Shown: positions 33,429 through 43,545 of the stretch, one piece after another
How the letters are laid out: each line of letters begins with the position of its first letter
Position numbering within the stretch: position 1 is the first letter of the stretch
From: Candidatus Latescibacterota bacterium
Lineage (GTDB): Bacteria > Latescibacterota > UBA2968 > UBA8231
Assembly (NCBI GenBank): GCA_965208105.1
Contig: OZ242318.1
Coordinates: 3,072,001 to 3,136,000 of the forward strand
Direction: 5' to 3'
DNA: 64,000 nt
The notes under the pieces: generated by a model
Seen by the model: only the letters and a program-made list of their open reading frames with translations
Databases searched by the model: none
Told to the model about the DNA's origin: nothing
Position numbers and translations under genes: made by a program

Positions 33429-35951
33429 CTCCCCGGTCGTCTGACCGAATACATCGGCAAAGCGAAAGAAGTCCCCCAGGTCCACTACCCCGTTGTCATC
33501 CAGGTCAAAAGGCTCAAGCCGCCCTTCGGCGCTTTGCCCGAAGGCATCGGCGAAGCGAAAGAAATCTTCGAAGTCCACCACCCCGCTGCCGTCGAAATCG
33601 GCGCGTTGAATCAGAATCCGCAAGTCGGACCCGACACCGGAGGTGACGACCGTGGGTCTGCCAGGGCGCGAATCTCCCTCCTGAACTACCTGCAGGCTGA
33701 GGATGCCCTCGCCGGCAAGATCCAGGGTCAAGGCTCCAAACTCGGAGCTCGAATCGAGCAGTGATCCCTCGAAGCTGAGGGTCTCTACCCTCCCATTTAG
33801 CGGAATGGAAAGCTGGTACCCAGCGTCGGGGCCCCGTACAAATCCTTCGACTCCCCCGGAGAGGGTTTCCAGACTGACGTCCACTGGGTCTGATGCAGCG
33901 AAGACTATGTCCGTCCCATCCAGAAGAAAGCTGCCGTTCTGTACGTTGAACGACCTCAAATCTTCCTCGTCGAATCGAACGAAGCAAAAGTTCCCGTCGC
34001 TGCTCAAGGCGCCGAACGGTCCCGCCAATTCTACGGTGTCCACCGAGGTTGCCGACACCCAGGCAAGATCCGACGTCCCCCCCCGATCTATCTGCACAGT
34101 CTGTCCGCCTTTGCCTCCAGGGCTTGTGAAGACCGGTTCGATTTCGTCCAGGGCACGGGGATAGAGGACCGCCAGGAACTCTGCATCTTCACCGGTCTGC
34201 TGAACTCGCAGCAGGGTATGGGTCGATTCTTCAAGATAATCGAAGGAGTGGAGGGTATCCCTCTCGCTGAAGGTGTAGTCCTTGGTCGCGGACAGGTAGG
34301 CCAGGAGTTCGGCCCGGGGCCGGGTCCATCGCGCCAAATTGCCGGATCGCGTGTAAGAGCCACCGCTGGATCCTCCTCCGTTTCCGTGCAGGCGCCATTC
34401 GTAGAGGTGGCCGGAGGCGTCCCTCAGCTCGTCGGCGATGATAAAGTAGTCCTTGTAGGCAAACATGACGTGCCGCCGCACGTCGACGTTCTGATATTCA
34501 GCCCTGACTTCCGCGTAGTCCATGAAGGAGCTGTTGAAGTACTCCTCTATGTAGGCGTTGTTGCCCCCGCCAATAGCCTGGCCAAGGAGAGGTTCGACAT
34601 GGAGAGGAGGACCTCTGCCATCCACCAGCACTACGTTGTGGTTGCGGCCCTGGTTTACTTTGTGGTGGTTCTCGAAGTTGATGTAACCTGCATCCAGGGC
34701 CAGCATCTCACCGCCGGAGTGGATGATGAAGCTGGTTTCGTCCGGGTGCTCGTGGCTGAATCCCCGGTTGCGGGACTTTCCGTGTTCGCCGCGCAGCAGC
34801 ATGTAGGTGGCAGTGGCCGACCAGTCGCTGCGAAAGGCCGCGTCACCGGCTCCGGGCATGAAAATCGTGGGACCGCGCCGGGGTTCCCGGGGTGAGATGC
34901 CGTCGTCGTAGAAGGCAATGGCGTCGGCTTCCGAGAACTCGCGAACGTAAAGTCCATTTGAATTGTTTTCCCAGTCCCAAAGATGCACGGGGCCGTCATC
35001 GTCCACTGCTGCCAGGTAATGGCCGTAAAAATCGTCGATATGCCCATCGTCGATGTTGGGCCTGCGGCCGTTGGGGAGACGGATGTTCACCGACCAGTCA
35101 TGCATCTTTCGAACCCTGGTGTCGTTGAAGAAATCGATACCTTGGAGATTCTTCAAAGCGAACATGTAGGGCAGGTACACGTCTGCGGCGTAGCGGGCGT
35201 AGAATGGCCCTTCGGCATATCCGCCGTCAGTCTCCTCAATCTGGAATGTCAGGGTGCTGTCTACCCATGTGAATGCCTGGTCGGCCCAGTCCTGAGGTGA
35301 TTTGCCGCCGATGCCCGGGTGGTCCGCCAGAACCAGGGCGGCCATGCCCAGGCCGCTGTAGGCGCGCAGGTGCCAGTTGTTGTAGAGGCCGGTCTCGTGC
35401 AGTCTGAGCTTGAGGGTGGTAAATCCCAGGTTGACTTCCTGGATTACGATTCCCTTGCGCAGGCGCTCGGCCTCTTCGGCCAGGATTGTGCGAATCTCCT
35501 CGAGGGAGTTGGGATCATTCTGCACGAAGTTGTGGATCATGTCATAGGCCTGGGCATAGAACCCCACGATCTCACCCTCGTTGTGGGGCTGACCCAAATC
35601 TCCACCCCGCGGGGGGAACTTCACGTCCTTCAAAAGTTCGACCGCCCGGTCGGCAAAGGCCCTGTCGTCCGTCATCAGGTAGGCAAAGGCCAGGCTCTTG
35701 GCGTAGCGAGCCTTGGAACGCTCCACGGCAAGAGTCGCGGGGGTGGACTGTGCTCGTTGCAGCACTATCTGCCACCAGTCGGAGTAAGGCGAGCGCTGTA
35801 TACGTTCCCTGAGTAGTGGTACCTGCTCGGCGGTGAAAAGCAGGCCTGGATGCCGCTCCGGCGGCAATGTCTGTGCCGTTGCTTGCCGCGAAATTCCAGC
35901 AAGGGCCAGGAGGACGACAATTCCCGTTCTGACGACCGTCGCGATCTTCAC
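33426..35951 (-). CDS. Secreted heparinase II/III-like polysaccharide lyase with C-terminal paired EF-hand/dockerin-like tail
   Basis: Signal peptide, HPGLLF, NNWH, DGGYAEGPFYARY, FRSDW, HEHPD.TSF, LALDAG, HNVVLVDG. Tail DFDGSGVVDFEDFFRFADAFG..FDLDDNGVVDLGDFF. GTG 35951 follows GAGGAG. Confidence 0.8.
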   Translation of the reverse strand: MKIATVVRTGIVVLLALAGISRQATAQTLPPERHPGLLFTAEQVPLLRERIQRSPYSDWWQIVLQRAQSTPATLAVERSKARYAKSLAFAYLMTDDRAFADRAVELLKDVKFPPRGGDLGQPHNEGEIVGFYAQAYDMIHNFVQNDPNSLEEIRTILAEEAERLRKGIVIQEVNLGFTTLKLRLHETGLYNNWHLRAYSGLGMAALVLADHPGIGGKSPQDWADQAFTWVDSTLTFQIEETDGGYAEGPFYARYAADVYLPYMFALKNLQGIDFFNDTRVRKMHDWSVNIRLPNGRRPNIDDGHIDDFYGHYLAAVDDDGPVHLWDWENNSNGLYVREFSEADAIAFYDDGISPREPRRGPTIFMPGAGDAAFRSDWSATATYMLLRGEHGKSRNRGFSHEHPDETSFIIHSGGEMLALDAGYINFENHHKVNQGRNHNVVLVDGRGPPLHVEPLLGQAIGGGNNAYIEEYFNSSFMDYAEVRAEYQNVDVRRHVMFAYKDYFIIADELRDASGHLYEWRLHGNGGGSSGGSYTRSGNLARWTRPRAELLAYLSATKDYTFSERDTLHSFDYLEESTHTLLRVQQTGEDAEFLAVLYPRALDEIEPVFTSPGGKGGQTVQIDRGGTSDLAWVSATSVDTVELAGPFGALSSDGNFCFVRFDEEDLRSFNVQNGSFLLDGTDIVFAASDPVDVSLETLSGGVEGFVRGPDAGYQLSIPLNGRVETLSFEGSLLDSSSEFGALTLDLAGEGILSLQVVQEGDSRPGRPTVVTSGVGSDLRILIQRADFDGSGVVDFEDFFRFADAFGQSAEGRLEPFDLDDNGVVDLGDFFRFADVFGQTTGE

Positions 35952-35987
35952 AGGATCACTCCTCAAATTAGTAAAGGGAGGGTTCTC

Positions 35988-36656
35988 TTACTTGAACCAT
36001 CTGCGCAGGTTGAATCCCCAGTGGAGGCCGGCAAACATGTATTCATTTCCAGCGGAGATCTTTATGCCGATCGCACGTCCGGCGCGGGAGTCGAAGTATA
36101 TGCCGAAGGTGCCGTAGGGAGTCCGAGGATTGAAAAGGCGATATCCGAGACCAGCGAAGAGTTTTCCCGGGTGATCCCCTATCCAAAGGCTCTCGATCAG
36201 AATGTAGCTCAGGTCCGCGTTGGCGGATCCCCGCACATCAGTACCGCCGGCACAGCGGAAATCCGCTACGAAAAATCCACTCTGAGAGTCCACGCATACG
36301 CGCCGTCCCCCTCCGATGTAAATACTCTCGAAGCGCGAGTCCTTGTTCTTTCCCTGGGTCAGGCCGATGTCCAGCAAGCTCGCGGTTGCGATCAACCGGT
36401 AGGGAGCCAGAATCGCGGTCAGACCCATGGGGATTCCGGCTCCGGAACCCTTCTCCAAACCGACGACTCCCAAACCCACGGAGCCGTAGATTGCGTGGGA
36501 GCTTCCTCGCGTGGCTTCTCCTCCTATCTCCTGCCCTCGAACATCATCTGCCCGGGCGAGCCCGATGCAGGAGATCAAAAACAGGCTCATGCCAATCCGC
36601 CATGAGCTGCCGAATCCAGCCGTGTGCCGCCGCCGCGCAGGCGAGGTCAACCGCAT
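35988..36656 (-). CDS. Hypothetical exported, beta-rich (possible outer-membrane) protein
   Basis: Signal-peptide-like N-terminus and alternating hydrophobic strands ending FAGLHWGFNL. Start uncertain (36656 or 36590). Confidence 0.55.
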   Translation of the reverse strand: MRLTSPARRRHTAGFGSSWRIGMSLFLISCIGLARADDVRGQEIGGEATRGSSHAIYGSVGLGVVGLEKGSGAGIPMGLTAILAPYRLIATASLLDIGLTQGKNKDSRFESIYIGGGRRVCVDSQSGFFVADFRCAGGTDVRGSANADLSYILIESLWIGDHPGKLFAGLGYRLFNPRTPYGTFGIYFDSRAGRAIGIKISAGNEYMFAGLHWGFNLRRWFK

Positions 36657-36961
36657 CACTCGACATTCCCGCCGGAAACCTGAATGGGGTCGGCTCGCAT
36701 GGCGAGATCTGCTTGTCGGAGAACAGGCTCTTCTGATTTCCTTTTCAACCTCCGGTCTTCTCCCGTTCGCTTCAAAGTCAAAGAGAGGGTCTGCCATTCT
36801 ATGCTGTTTGGGGAAATTCCCTGGCGCAATCCGGGAAAATTTAGACATTGCCGTCCCGTGCTACAAGAAAGCCATCCCTCCAGCCATGCCGGAAAATCCG
36901 CGGTCGCCAGTTCAGAATCCTGCGGTATCCAGTTTCCGGGCCCAGGGAAGGCAGTGCTGCC

Positions 36962-36990
36962 TTGACAAAATTTGACCGCAAAAGTAGATT
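36962..36990 (+). promoter_or_regulatory. Sigma-70 promoter of folE2
   Basis: TTGACA 36962-36967, 17 nt spacer, TAGATT 36985-36990. Confidence 0.6.
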
Positions 36991-37032
36991 GAATTTCAAC
37001 CGACCCCCCCAGTTATTCTTCAAAAGAACTCC

Positions 37033-37875
37033 ATGCTACCGGATATTCAGAGCAGCTCCGACCCACGCGGAATCGACCTAGACCAGGTCGGCGTTTCAAA
37101 TGTGCGCTACCCCCTGCTCCTGCCCTTGCGCAGCGGCGGCGAATTCAGCACCGTGGCAGATCTGTCGATGGCGGTGCACCTTACCCATGATCGCAAGGGT
37201 GTGCACATGTCTCGTTTCATGATAGCGCTCAACGAGCAGAATCAGCACTTCAGACCTGACAGCGTGCACCTGGTGTTGCAGGAACTTCTCGATCTTCTCA
37301 ATGCCGAAGAGGCCTTTCTAGACATGGCCTTTCCCATTTTTCTCAGGCGAGAGGCGCCCGTCACTTCCAATGCCGGATTGCTCGACTATGATTGTTTCTT
37401 CCGCGCCATGATGTCGAAAGACGGGGTCCACGACAAAATTGTGGGGGTGCGGGTCAATGCCGCCAGTTGCTGTCCCTGCAGCAAGGAAATCAGCGCCTAC
37501 GGCGCACATAACCAGCGCTCCGAGATCACACTCAGCGCGAGGCCCGGACCCGACGAATTCGTCTGGTTCGAGGATCTCATCGACATCGCCGAAAGCAGTG
37601 CTTCCTGCCAGCTCTACCCCATTCTCAAGCGCCCGGACGAGAAGATCGTCACCGAGCGCGCCTACGAAAATCCGAAGTTCGTCGAGGACATCGTAAGGGA
37701 CATTTCGGCTGAGCTCATCGGATCGCTCGACCGGGGAAAAATTGCCTGGTTCAGCGTTTCAAGCGTCAATCACGAAAGTATTCATACCCACAACGCCTTT
37801 GCCAAGGTTGAGCGCGGCGTGCGCGGTCCGCTGATCAGTGCCCGGGACTCCGCCGCCGAAGAAGCGCTCATCTGA
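37033..37875 (+). CDS. folE2: GTP cyclohydrolase IB
   Basis: LPDIQ, KGVHMSRF, CPCSKEIS.YGAHNQRS, LKRPDEK.VTERAYENPKFVED, ESIHTHNA. Confidence 0.95.
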   Translation: MLPDIQSSSDPRGIDLDQVGVSNVRYPLLLPLRSGGEFSTVADLSMAVHLTHDRKGVHMSRFMIALNEQNQHFRPDSVHLVLQELLDLLNAEEAFLDMAFPIFLRREAPVTSNAGLLDYDCFFRAMMSKDGVHDKIVGVRVNAASCCPCSKEISAYGAHNQRSEITLSARPGPDEFVWFEDLIDIAESSASCQLYPILKRPDEKIVTERAYENPKFVEDIVRDISAELIGSLDRGKIAWFSVSSVNHESIHTHNAFAKVERGVRGPLISARDSAAEEALI

Positions 37876-37889
37876 CCTGTCCGGCTGCT

Positions 37890-38429
37890 TCACCTTTCCT
37901 GCAGGCGCGGCAGCAAATCCACCAGGTTGCACGGCTGATTGCGGCTGTCCAGCTGATCGCGAATCAGGCGGTCCCACGCCGTGGCGCATGCCCCCGATGA
38001 ACCAGGAAGACAGAATACAAAGGTGGCGTTGCACACTCCCGCCAGGGCGCGGGACTGGATAGTCGCGCCGCCGATCTCTTCGTAGGAAAGCACCCGGAAC
38101 ACCTCGCCGAATCCCTCTATCTCCTTGTCCAGCAGAGGCAGCACGGCCTCGGGCGTGCCGTCGCGGCCCGTCAGTCCGGTACCGCCCGTGGAGATGACCA
38201 CCTGCACCTCCTCCGAAGCACACCAGGCGGCCACAATTGCGCGGATCTGGTAGATATTGTCGGCTACGATGCGCTTTTCGCTGAGTTTGTGGCCTGCTTC
38301 CCGCAGGCGGTCGACCAGAAGTTTGCCCGAAGTATCGGTCTCTTCGGTGCGCGAATCGGAGATGGTAAGGATGGATACAGCCAGGGGAACAACGGACTTT
38401 TTCTGTCCAGAAGATGCGGATGCGGACAT
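37890..38429 (-). CDS. moaB: Molybdenum cofactor biosynthesis protein B
   Basis: LTISDSRT..DTSG, STGGTGLTGRDGTPEA, IQSRALAG, FCLPGS, QLDSR..PCNL. Confidence 0.93.
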   Translation of the reverse strand: MSASASSGQKKSVVPLAVSILTISDSRTEETDTSGKLLVDRLREAGHKLSEKRIVADNIYQIRAIVAAWCASEEVQVVISTGGTGLTGRDGTPEAVLPLLDKEIEGFGEVFRVLSYEEIGGATIQSRALAGVCNATFVFCLPGSSGACATAWDRLIRDQLDSRNQPCNLVDLLPRLQER

Positions 38430-38535
38430 GGGAGACTCCTGCATGGAAAGGGTTGAAGATGGGTGCGACCCTGATGGTCCTGAAGAAAAAGTTCTCACCG
38501 GAGGGCCGGCTGGGGAGAGGGTTTTAGTGCAGCTC

Positions 38536-39354
38536 TCACCGCAATTCGATCTCGAAGAGCTTGGGCCACCGCTTGCCGGTGACAAATAGTCGTTCGTTCC
38601 GAAGGTCGTAGGCGATTCCGTTGAGAACATCGGCCGGACCGCCCCCTTCTTCCGCGGTCAGCAGTCCCTGCAGGTCTATCCAGCCCAGCACCCTGCCGCT
38701 GGCCGGATCGATGCGGGCGATGCGGTCGGTCCTCCAGATGTTGGCGTAGATTTCACCTTCGACATATTCCAGCTCGTTGAGCCGGACCACCGGTCCTTCG
38801 TCGTCGCGCACGGAAACCCGGCCGGTCTCGGCAAAGCTCTCGGGGTCCAGAAAGTAAAGGGTGGAGGTGCCGTCACTCATGATCAGACGACGGCCGTCGT
38901 GGGTCAGGCCCCAGCCTTCGGTCGAGTAGCTGAATTCTTCCACAAGTTCAAAGCTTCTCCTGTCGTACACAAAGCCAACCTTCGATCTCCAGGTCAACTG
39001 TAATATCCTGTCCTGCCATACTGTCACGCCCTCTCCAAAGAATTGCCGGGGGAGTTCCCTGCGCTTCAGGACCACTCCACTTTCCAGTTCCACGCAACGC
39101 AGGGAAGACTGGCCGTGCAAACCGGTTCCTTCGTACAAAACTCCATCCGCGTAGACCAGTCCCTGGGTAAATGCGCCAGTATCATGGGGAAAGGTATTTA
39201 CGATCCGGTAAGTCTGCACGGGGATGAGCTGCGAACCGGGGAGTGGGGCTTCGTCGGCCATGGTGGACCGGCCGGCTTCCGGGGAAGAGGCGCAGGCAAG
39301 CCCGCCGGCAGCCGGGGCGAGACAGAGAAGGAGCAGAGTGCAACGGCAGGTCAT
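38536..39354 (-). CDS. Glutaminyl-peptide cyclotransferase (plant/bacterial type), probable lipoprotein
   Basis: PHD..AFTQGL, YEGTG, FFGEG, LTW, EGWGLT, MSDG, LNELE, VLNGIAY, VTGKRW. GLAC lipobox-like motif. Confidence 0.92.
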   Translation of the reverse strand: MTCRCTLLLLCLAPAAGGLACASSPEAGRSTMADEAPLPGSQLIPVQTYRIVNTFPHDTGAFTQGLVYADGVLYEGTGLHGQSSLRCVELESGVVLKRRELPRQFFGEGVTVWQDRILQLTWRSKVGFVYDRRSFELVEEFSYSTEGWGLTHDGRRLIMSDGTSTLYFLDPESFAETGRVSVRDDEGPVVRLNELEYVEGEIYANIWRTDRIARIDPASGRVLGWIDLQGLLTAEEGGGPADVLNGIAYDLRNERLFVTGKRWPKLFEIELR

Positions 39355-39639
39355 TGCACCAACTTCCGGGTCTGGTGAATTCTACCAGAAGCAAAGAATG
39401 TCCACATGCGAACCATAACCTGAATCTAACCCTCGCCGTCAGTATAGGCTACCAAATCGATACGGTCAAAAGGCATCTTGCTGCTTTCGCCGGGGGGACG
39501 ATGTGCGCCAAAAGGCCTGCAGCCTATGCTGCACCTGGAGAAATTACCGGTGCCCCAAGGCGGCCAGGTGCAATTCGCAGGTCCTTACCAGAGCATGCTG
39601 GACTACCACAAAGATGGCTGCCTGGCTACATTCTAGGAC

Positions 39640-41388
39640 GTGAAGCGGTCCGCTGCCATATGCTTTTTCCTCTGTGTTTTGACGGCCTTGCCGGCGCGGG
39701 CAAAGACCCTCATCGAACAGGACTGGGAGGCTGGAGTCCTGGACTTCGAGACGGCTCTGCTCTACCAGTTTTACTCGGTCCGCGATCCAGGGTCTCTGCC
39801 CGAGGAGTACCGCGAAACGGCACCTCACGCATTCTGCGGCACACCGGCCATCGTCGCGGTGCAGCAGGCGCGGCGCCACATGAGCCGGGAGGCCCGGGCC
39901 AAGCTGGCCAAGGCGACGCAGCGCCCGGTCCTGGAGCATTCATACGTAGCTCCATCCGGACATTTCCGCATCCACTACGAAATCGGCGACCAGCCCGGGT
40001 CGGTGGATTCCACCGACCGGGACGGCAACGGAATCCCGGACTATGTCGACACCGTGGCCGCCACCCTCGACAGTGTGTGGCGGCTCCAGGTCGAGGTCCT
40101 GGGATACGCGGCGCCGCCGTCGGATGGCGGCATGGACGGAGAGGAGTACGACGTCTATATCAGAGATTTGCCACCAAACTATGGCCTTGCATATCCAGAG
40201 CAAGATGGTCCTACCTCTCATAGCTATATTGAAATTGACAACAACTTCACCGACCCTATCTACACCCATAGTCGCGGCCTCGAGGCGCTTCAGGTTGCCG
40301 TCGCCCACGAGTTCTTCCACGCGATCCAATTCGGCTACTACCAGGGATGGGAGGGGATCTGGTGGCAGGAGGTCTCGGCCACCTGGATGGAAGACGTGGC
40401 CTATCCGGAGGTGGACGACTACCTGCAGTACCTGTCCTACTTCATGCAGCGGCCGTGGCAATCGATGGAGATTAACAGTAGGTTAGACACCCGCGTCTAC
40501 GGAGCAGCGATCTTCGCGCATTACCTCGACCAGCGCTTCAAGCGCGGTCTGATCCGCTCGATCTGGGAGGAGTTGGGCAGCGCCCGCAATGCCCGCCTGC
40601 ATAACTTCGACCGGGTTATCCGCGGGCACAATCCTGGAGGACTGAGGGCGGCGGTCAGCGAGTTTGCGGCCTGGAACTACTTTACCGGGGAACGCCACCA
40701 GGAAGGACGCTTCTACGCGGAGGGCTACAAGTATCCCGAGGTTTCATCTTTCCCCCTGCACGCCGAAGCGGGGGCGGCGGTGCAGGACAGTGGCAAGGTC
40801 GATCACCTGGGCAGCGCCTATATCCGCCTGGAACCGCAGTTGCGCCCTGGAGGACTGTCCCTGGAGATGCAGGCGGAGAAGGGGCTGTGGAGCCGGCAGC
40901 TCATCCTGATTTCTCCGGACGGGGCCCAGATACTTCCTCTGAATGGGGATGCGATCCAGGTCGCCGACTGGGACCAGTACGAGGAGATTGCCCTGGTCCT
41001 GACGGTCACCGGGCCCGAGGGGAGGGGTTACGAGTACTCGGTTTCCGCCGAGTACGATCCGAATCTCACCGAGGATGGAGTCATTCCTCTGGCCATGCGC
41101 CTGGGTCAGAATTTCCCCAATCCCTTCAGGCCGGGCATCCATGCCAGGACGATCATTCCCTTCGACCTGAGCCGGGCGAGCACCGCGACCCGGCTGTCCA
41201 TCTTTTCTGTGGACGGCCGCCTGATCAGAAGCTATGATCTCGGGGGCCGGGCGCCCCGTTCCTTTGCCGATGCCGGCTGGGATGGACGCAACGAGGCTGG
41301 CAAGCTGGTTGCCTCAGGCACTTACTACTACGTCCTGGAAGCGGACGGGAATCGGATCGCCAGGATTCTGGCTCTCATCGCGGACTAG
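39640..41388 (+). CDS. Secreted zinc metalloprotease (MXAN_6640-like) with C-terminal FlgD-Ig domain
   Basis: CGT cysteine-switch-like motif, HFRIHY, AHEFFHAIQF..WWQEVSATWME, tail QNFPNPF..WDGRNE.GKLVASGTYYY. Confidence 0.8.
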   Translation: MKRSAAICFFLCVLTALPARAKTLIEQDWEAGVLDFETALLYQFYSVRDPGSLPEEYRETAPHAFCGTPAIVAVQQARRHMSREARAKLAKATQRPVLEHSYVAPSGHFRIHYEIGDQPGSVDSTDRDGNGIPDYVDTVAATLDSVWRLQVEVLGYAAPPSDGGMDGEEYDVYIRDLPPNYGLAYPEQDGPTSHSYIEIDNNFTDPIYTHSRGLEALQVAVAHEFFHAIQFGYYQGWEGIWWQEVSATWMEDVAYPEVDDYLQYLSYFMQRPWQSMEINSRLDTRVYGAAIFAHYLDQRFKRGLIRSIWEELGSARNARLHNFDRVIRGHNPGGLRAAVSEFAAWNYFTGERHQEGRFYAEGYKYPEVSSFPLHAEAGAAVQDSGKVDHLGSAYIRLEPQLRPGGLSLEMQAEKGLWSRQLILISPDGAQILPLNGDAIQVADWDQYEEIALVLTVTGPEGRGYEYSVSAEYDPNLTEDGVIPLAMRLGQNFPNPFRPGIHARTIIPFDLSRASTATRLSIFSVDGRLIRSYDLGGRAPRSFADAGWDGRNEAGKLVASGTYYYVLEADGNRIARILALIAD

Positions 41389-41449
41389 TGCCTGTTGACG
41401 ATTTTCACGGGATAAACTCGTACTATCCCCCTTGTCAGCCAGGCAAAAT

Positions 41450-41498
41450 GATATCCCTTCGCGTGGGGAGCCCTCGGGTCCACACGCGAAGGGATATC
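41450..41498. terminator. Long hairpin between convergent genes, probable bidirectional terminator
   Basis: 16-bp perfect inverted repeat GATATCCCTTCGCGTG / CACGCGAAGGGATATC. Confidence 0.7.
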
Positions 41499-41515
41499 TT
41501 CTGCTTGGTGCGTTT

Positions 41516-42421
41516 CTATGCGGGGGCCTGGATGCCGAGGTTGCCGGTGCGAAAGGCCTCGGCAAGTGCCCGCGGCACCTCGGCCTCGGCCTCTTTGACC
41601 CGGGCGCTCATCTCCTCCACCAGGGCCGTCATCTCCTGCTCCCGCGCCTGGGCCATCGCCCGGCGCTCCTCCGCCTTGGCCTGGGCGATCTTCAGGTCCG
41701 CCTCCGCCTGGTCGGTCTGCAGCTTGGCCCCGATATTCTCCCCCACGTCCACGTCCGCTATGTCGATCGACAAAATCTCGAAGGCCGTGCCCGCGTCCAG
41801 GCCCTTCTCCAGCACCGTCCTCGAGATGCTGTCGGGGTTCTCCAGGACGGCCTTGTGGGTGTTGGCCGAGCCGATGGTGGTCACGATGCCTTCCCCGACG
41901 CGGGCGATGATGGTCTCCTCGCCGGCGCCTCCCACCAGGCGGTCGATGTTGGCGCGCACCGTCACCCGGCTGGTGGCCTTGACCTGGATGCCGTCCTTGG
42001 CCACGGCGGCGATCAGGGGGGTGTTGATCACCTTGGGGTTGACGCTGACCTTGACGGCTTCGAGTACGTCGCGGCCGGCCAGGTCGATGCTGGCGGCGCG
42101 CTCGAAGCTCAAATCGATGTTGGCCTTGTCGGCGGAGATGAGGGCGAGGATGACGCCCTCGACGCTGCCGCCGGCGAGGAAGTGGGCCTCCATGCGGTCG
42201 AGGTCGACTGCAAGGCCGGCCTTGGTGGCGCTGATCTTGGGCCGGACGATGGCCGCCGGGGGCACTTTGCGCAGGCGCATGCCGACCAGGTCCTTAAAGA
42301 TGTTCACGCGCACGCCGGCGAAGAAGGCGGTGATCCACAGGCCGATGGGGACGAAGTAGGTGAACAGGGCCAGAAAAAGGATGATCCCCAATAGGATCAG
42401 AAGGGGGAGGAAAGCTTGCAT
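41516..42421 (-). CDS. floA: Flotillin-like protein FloA/YqfA
   Basis: [66 protein letters not shown]. Confidence 0.93.
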   Translation of the reverse strand: MQAFLPLLILLGIILFLALFTYFVPIGLWITAFFAGVRVNIFKDLVGMRLRKVPPAAIVRPKISATKAGLAVDLDRMEAHFLAGGSVEGVILALISADKANIDLSFERAASIDLAGRDVLEAVKVSVNPKVINTPLIAAVAKDGIQVKATSRVTVRANIDRLVGGAGEETIIARVGEGIVTTIGSANTHKAVLENPDSISRTVLEKGLDAGTAFEILSIDIADVDVGENIGAKLQTDQAEADLKIAQAKAEERRAMAQAREQEMTALVEEMSARVKEAEAEVPRALAEAFRTGNLGIQAPA

Positions 42422-42432
42422 AGGAGTTCCCC

Positions 42433-43284
42433 TCAGACGTCTTCGGCCAGGGTTTTAAGGGAATGATGCCGCGAAGGGTGGCGCAGTCTGCTCAGGGCGC
42501 GCTCCTTGAGCTGGCGCACGCGCTCCCGGGTCACGCCGATCAGGCTGCCGATCTGCTCCAGGGTGAGAGCTTCGTGGCCATCGAGCCCGAAGTAGAGACG
42601 GATGATGCGCAGCTCGCGCTCGTCCAGATTGACCAGCACGCTCTCCAGCTGAGCCCGGGCCGAGGCGCTGAGCACCTCCGTGTCCGGCGAAGCCTGATGG
42701 GGGTCGGCCAGGATGTTGAGCAGGCTGCGCTCGTCGTCTTCGGTGAAGGCCTCGTCCAGCGATCGCACCGCGCGCGCGCTCAGCAGGGTCTCCCGCACCT
42801 CCTCGGCCGACACGTCCAACTCCTGGGCGATCTCCTCCACGTCGGGCTCGCCTTCGCGTCCCTGGCCCAGCCGCCGCGCGGTCTTGGAGATGTCCTTGAG
42901 CAGGCTCACCTTGTTCATGGGCAGGCGCACGGTGCGGGCGTGCTCGGCGATGCTCTGGAGGATGGATTGCTTGATCCACCATACGGCGTAGGAGATGAAC
43001 TTGTAGCCCTTGGTGCCGTCGAAGCGCTCGGCGGCGGTGAGCAGGCCCACGTTGCCGGCGCTGATCAGGTCGGCCAGCGAGAGGCCGCGGTTCTGGTAGT
43101 TTTTGGCCACGTCGATGACGAATCGCAGGTTGGCCTGGACGAGTTCGTCGCGGGCGTCCCTGTGGCCCTCCTGGATGCGGGCAGCCAGTTCGACTTCGCG
43201 CTCGCGCGACAGCGGCCTCGACTCGGCGATGTCGTCGAAATAGAGACGCAGGATATTCTCTTTGTCACTCAGAGTTTCGTGCAT
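42433..43284 (-). CDS. Sigma-70 family factor, short RpoD/SigA-like (no region 1.1)
   Basis: [59 protein letters not shown]. Confidence 0.93.
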   Translation of the reverse strand: MHETLSDKENILRLYFDDIAESRPLSREREVELAARIQEGHRDARDELVQANLRFVIDVAKNYQNRGLSLADLISAGNVGLLTAAERFDGTKGYKFISYAVWWIKQSILQSIAEHARTVRLPMNKVSLLKDISKTARRLGQGREGEPDVEEIAQELDVSAEEVRETLLSARAVRSLDEAFTEDDERSLLNILADPHQASPDTEVLSASARAQLESVLVNLDERELRIIRLYFGLDGHEALTLEQIGSLIGVTRERVRQLKERALSRLRHPSRHHSLKTLAEDV

Positions 43285-43545
43285 ATAAATCCTGTCTTTA
43301 GAGGCAAGTCAGCGAGAAATTCAATTCAGGTCAAGGGCTCTTTGCTTGGAAGATGCGGATCTGGGCAATCCCTCCATGTTTATGATACGTTACCGCAGGT
43401 CAGATATCAACAAAAACTTGATCTTTCACCCCGGTCCGATCTGCGGATAAGGATATAACCTTTTACATTTATTGATGTTAGACCAATTAGGTCCAGATTC
43501 ATCACAGAGCGGCGAAGTATTCCTATCGAAAACGGATTCCGAGGT

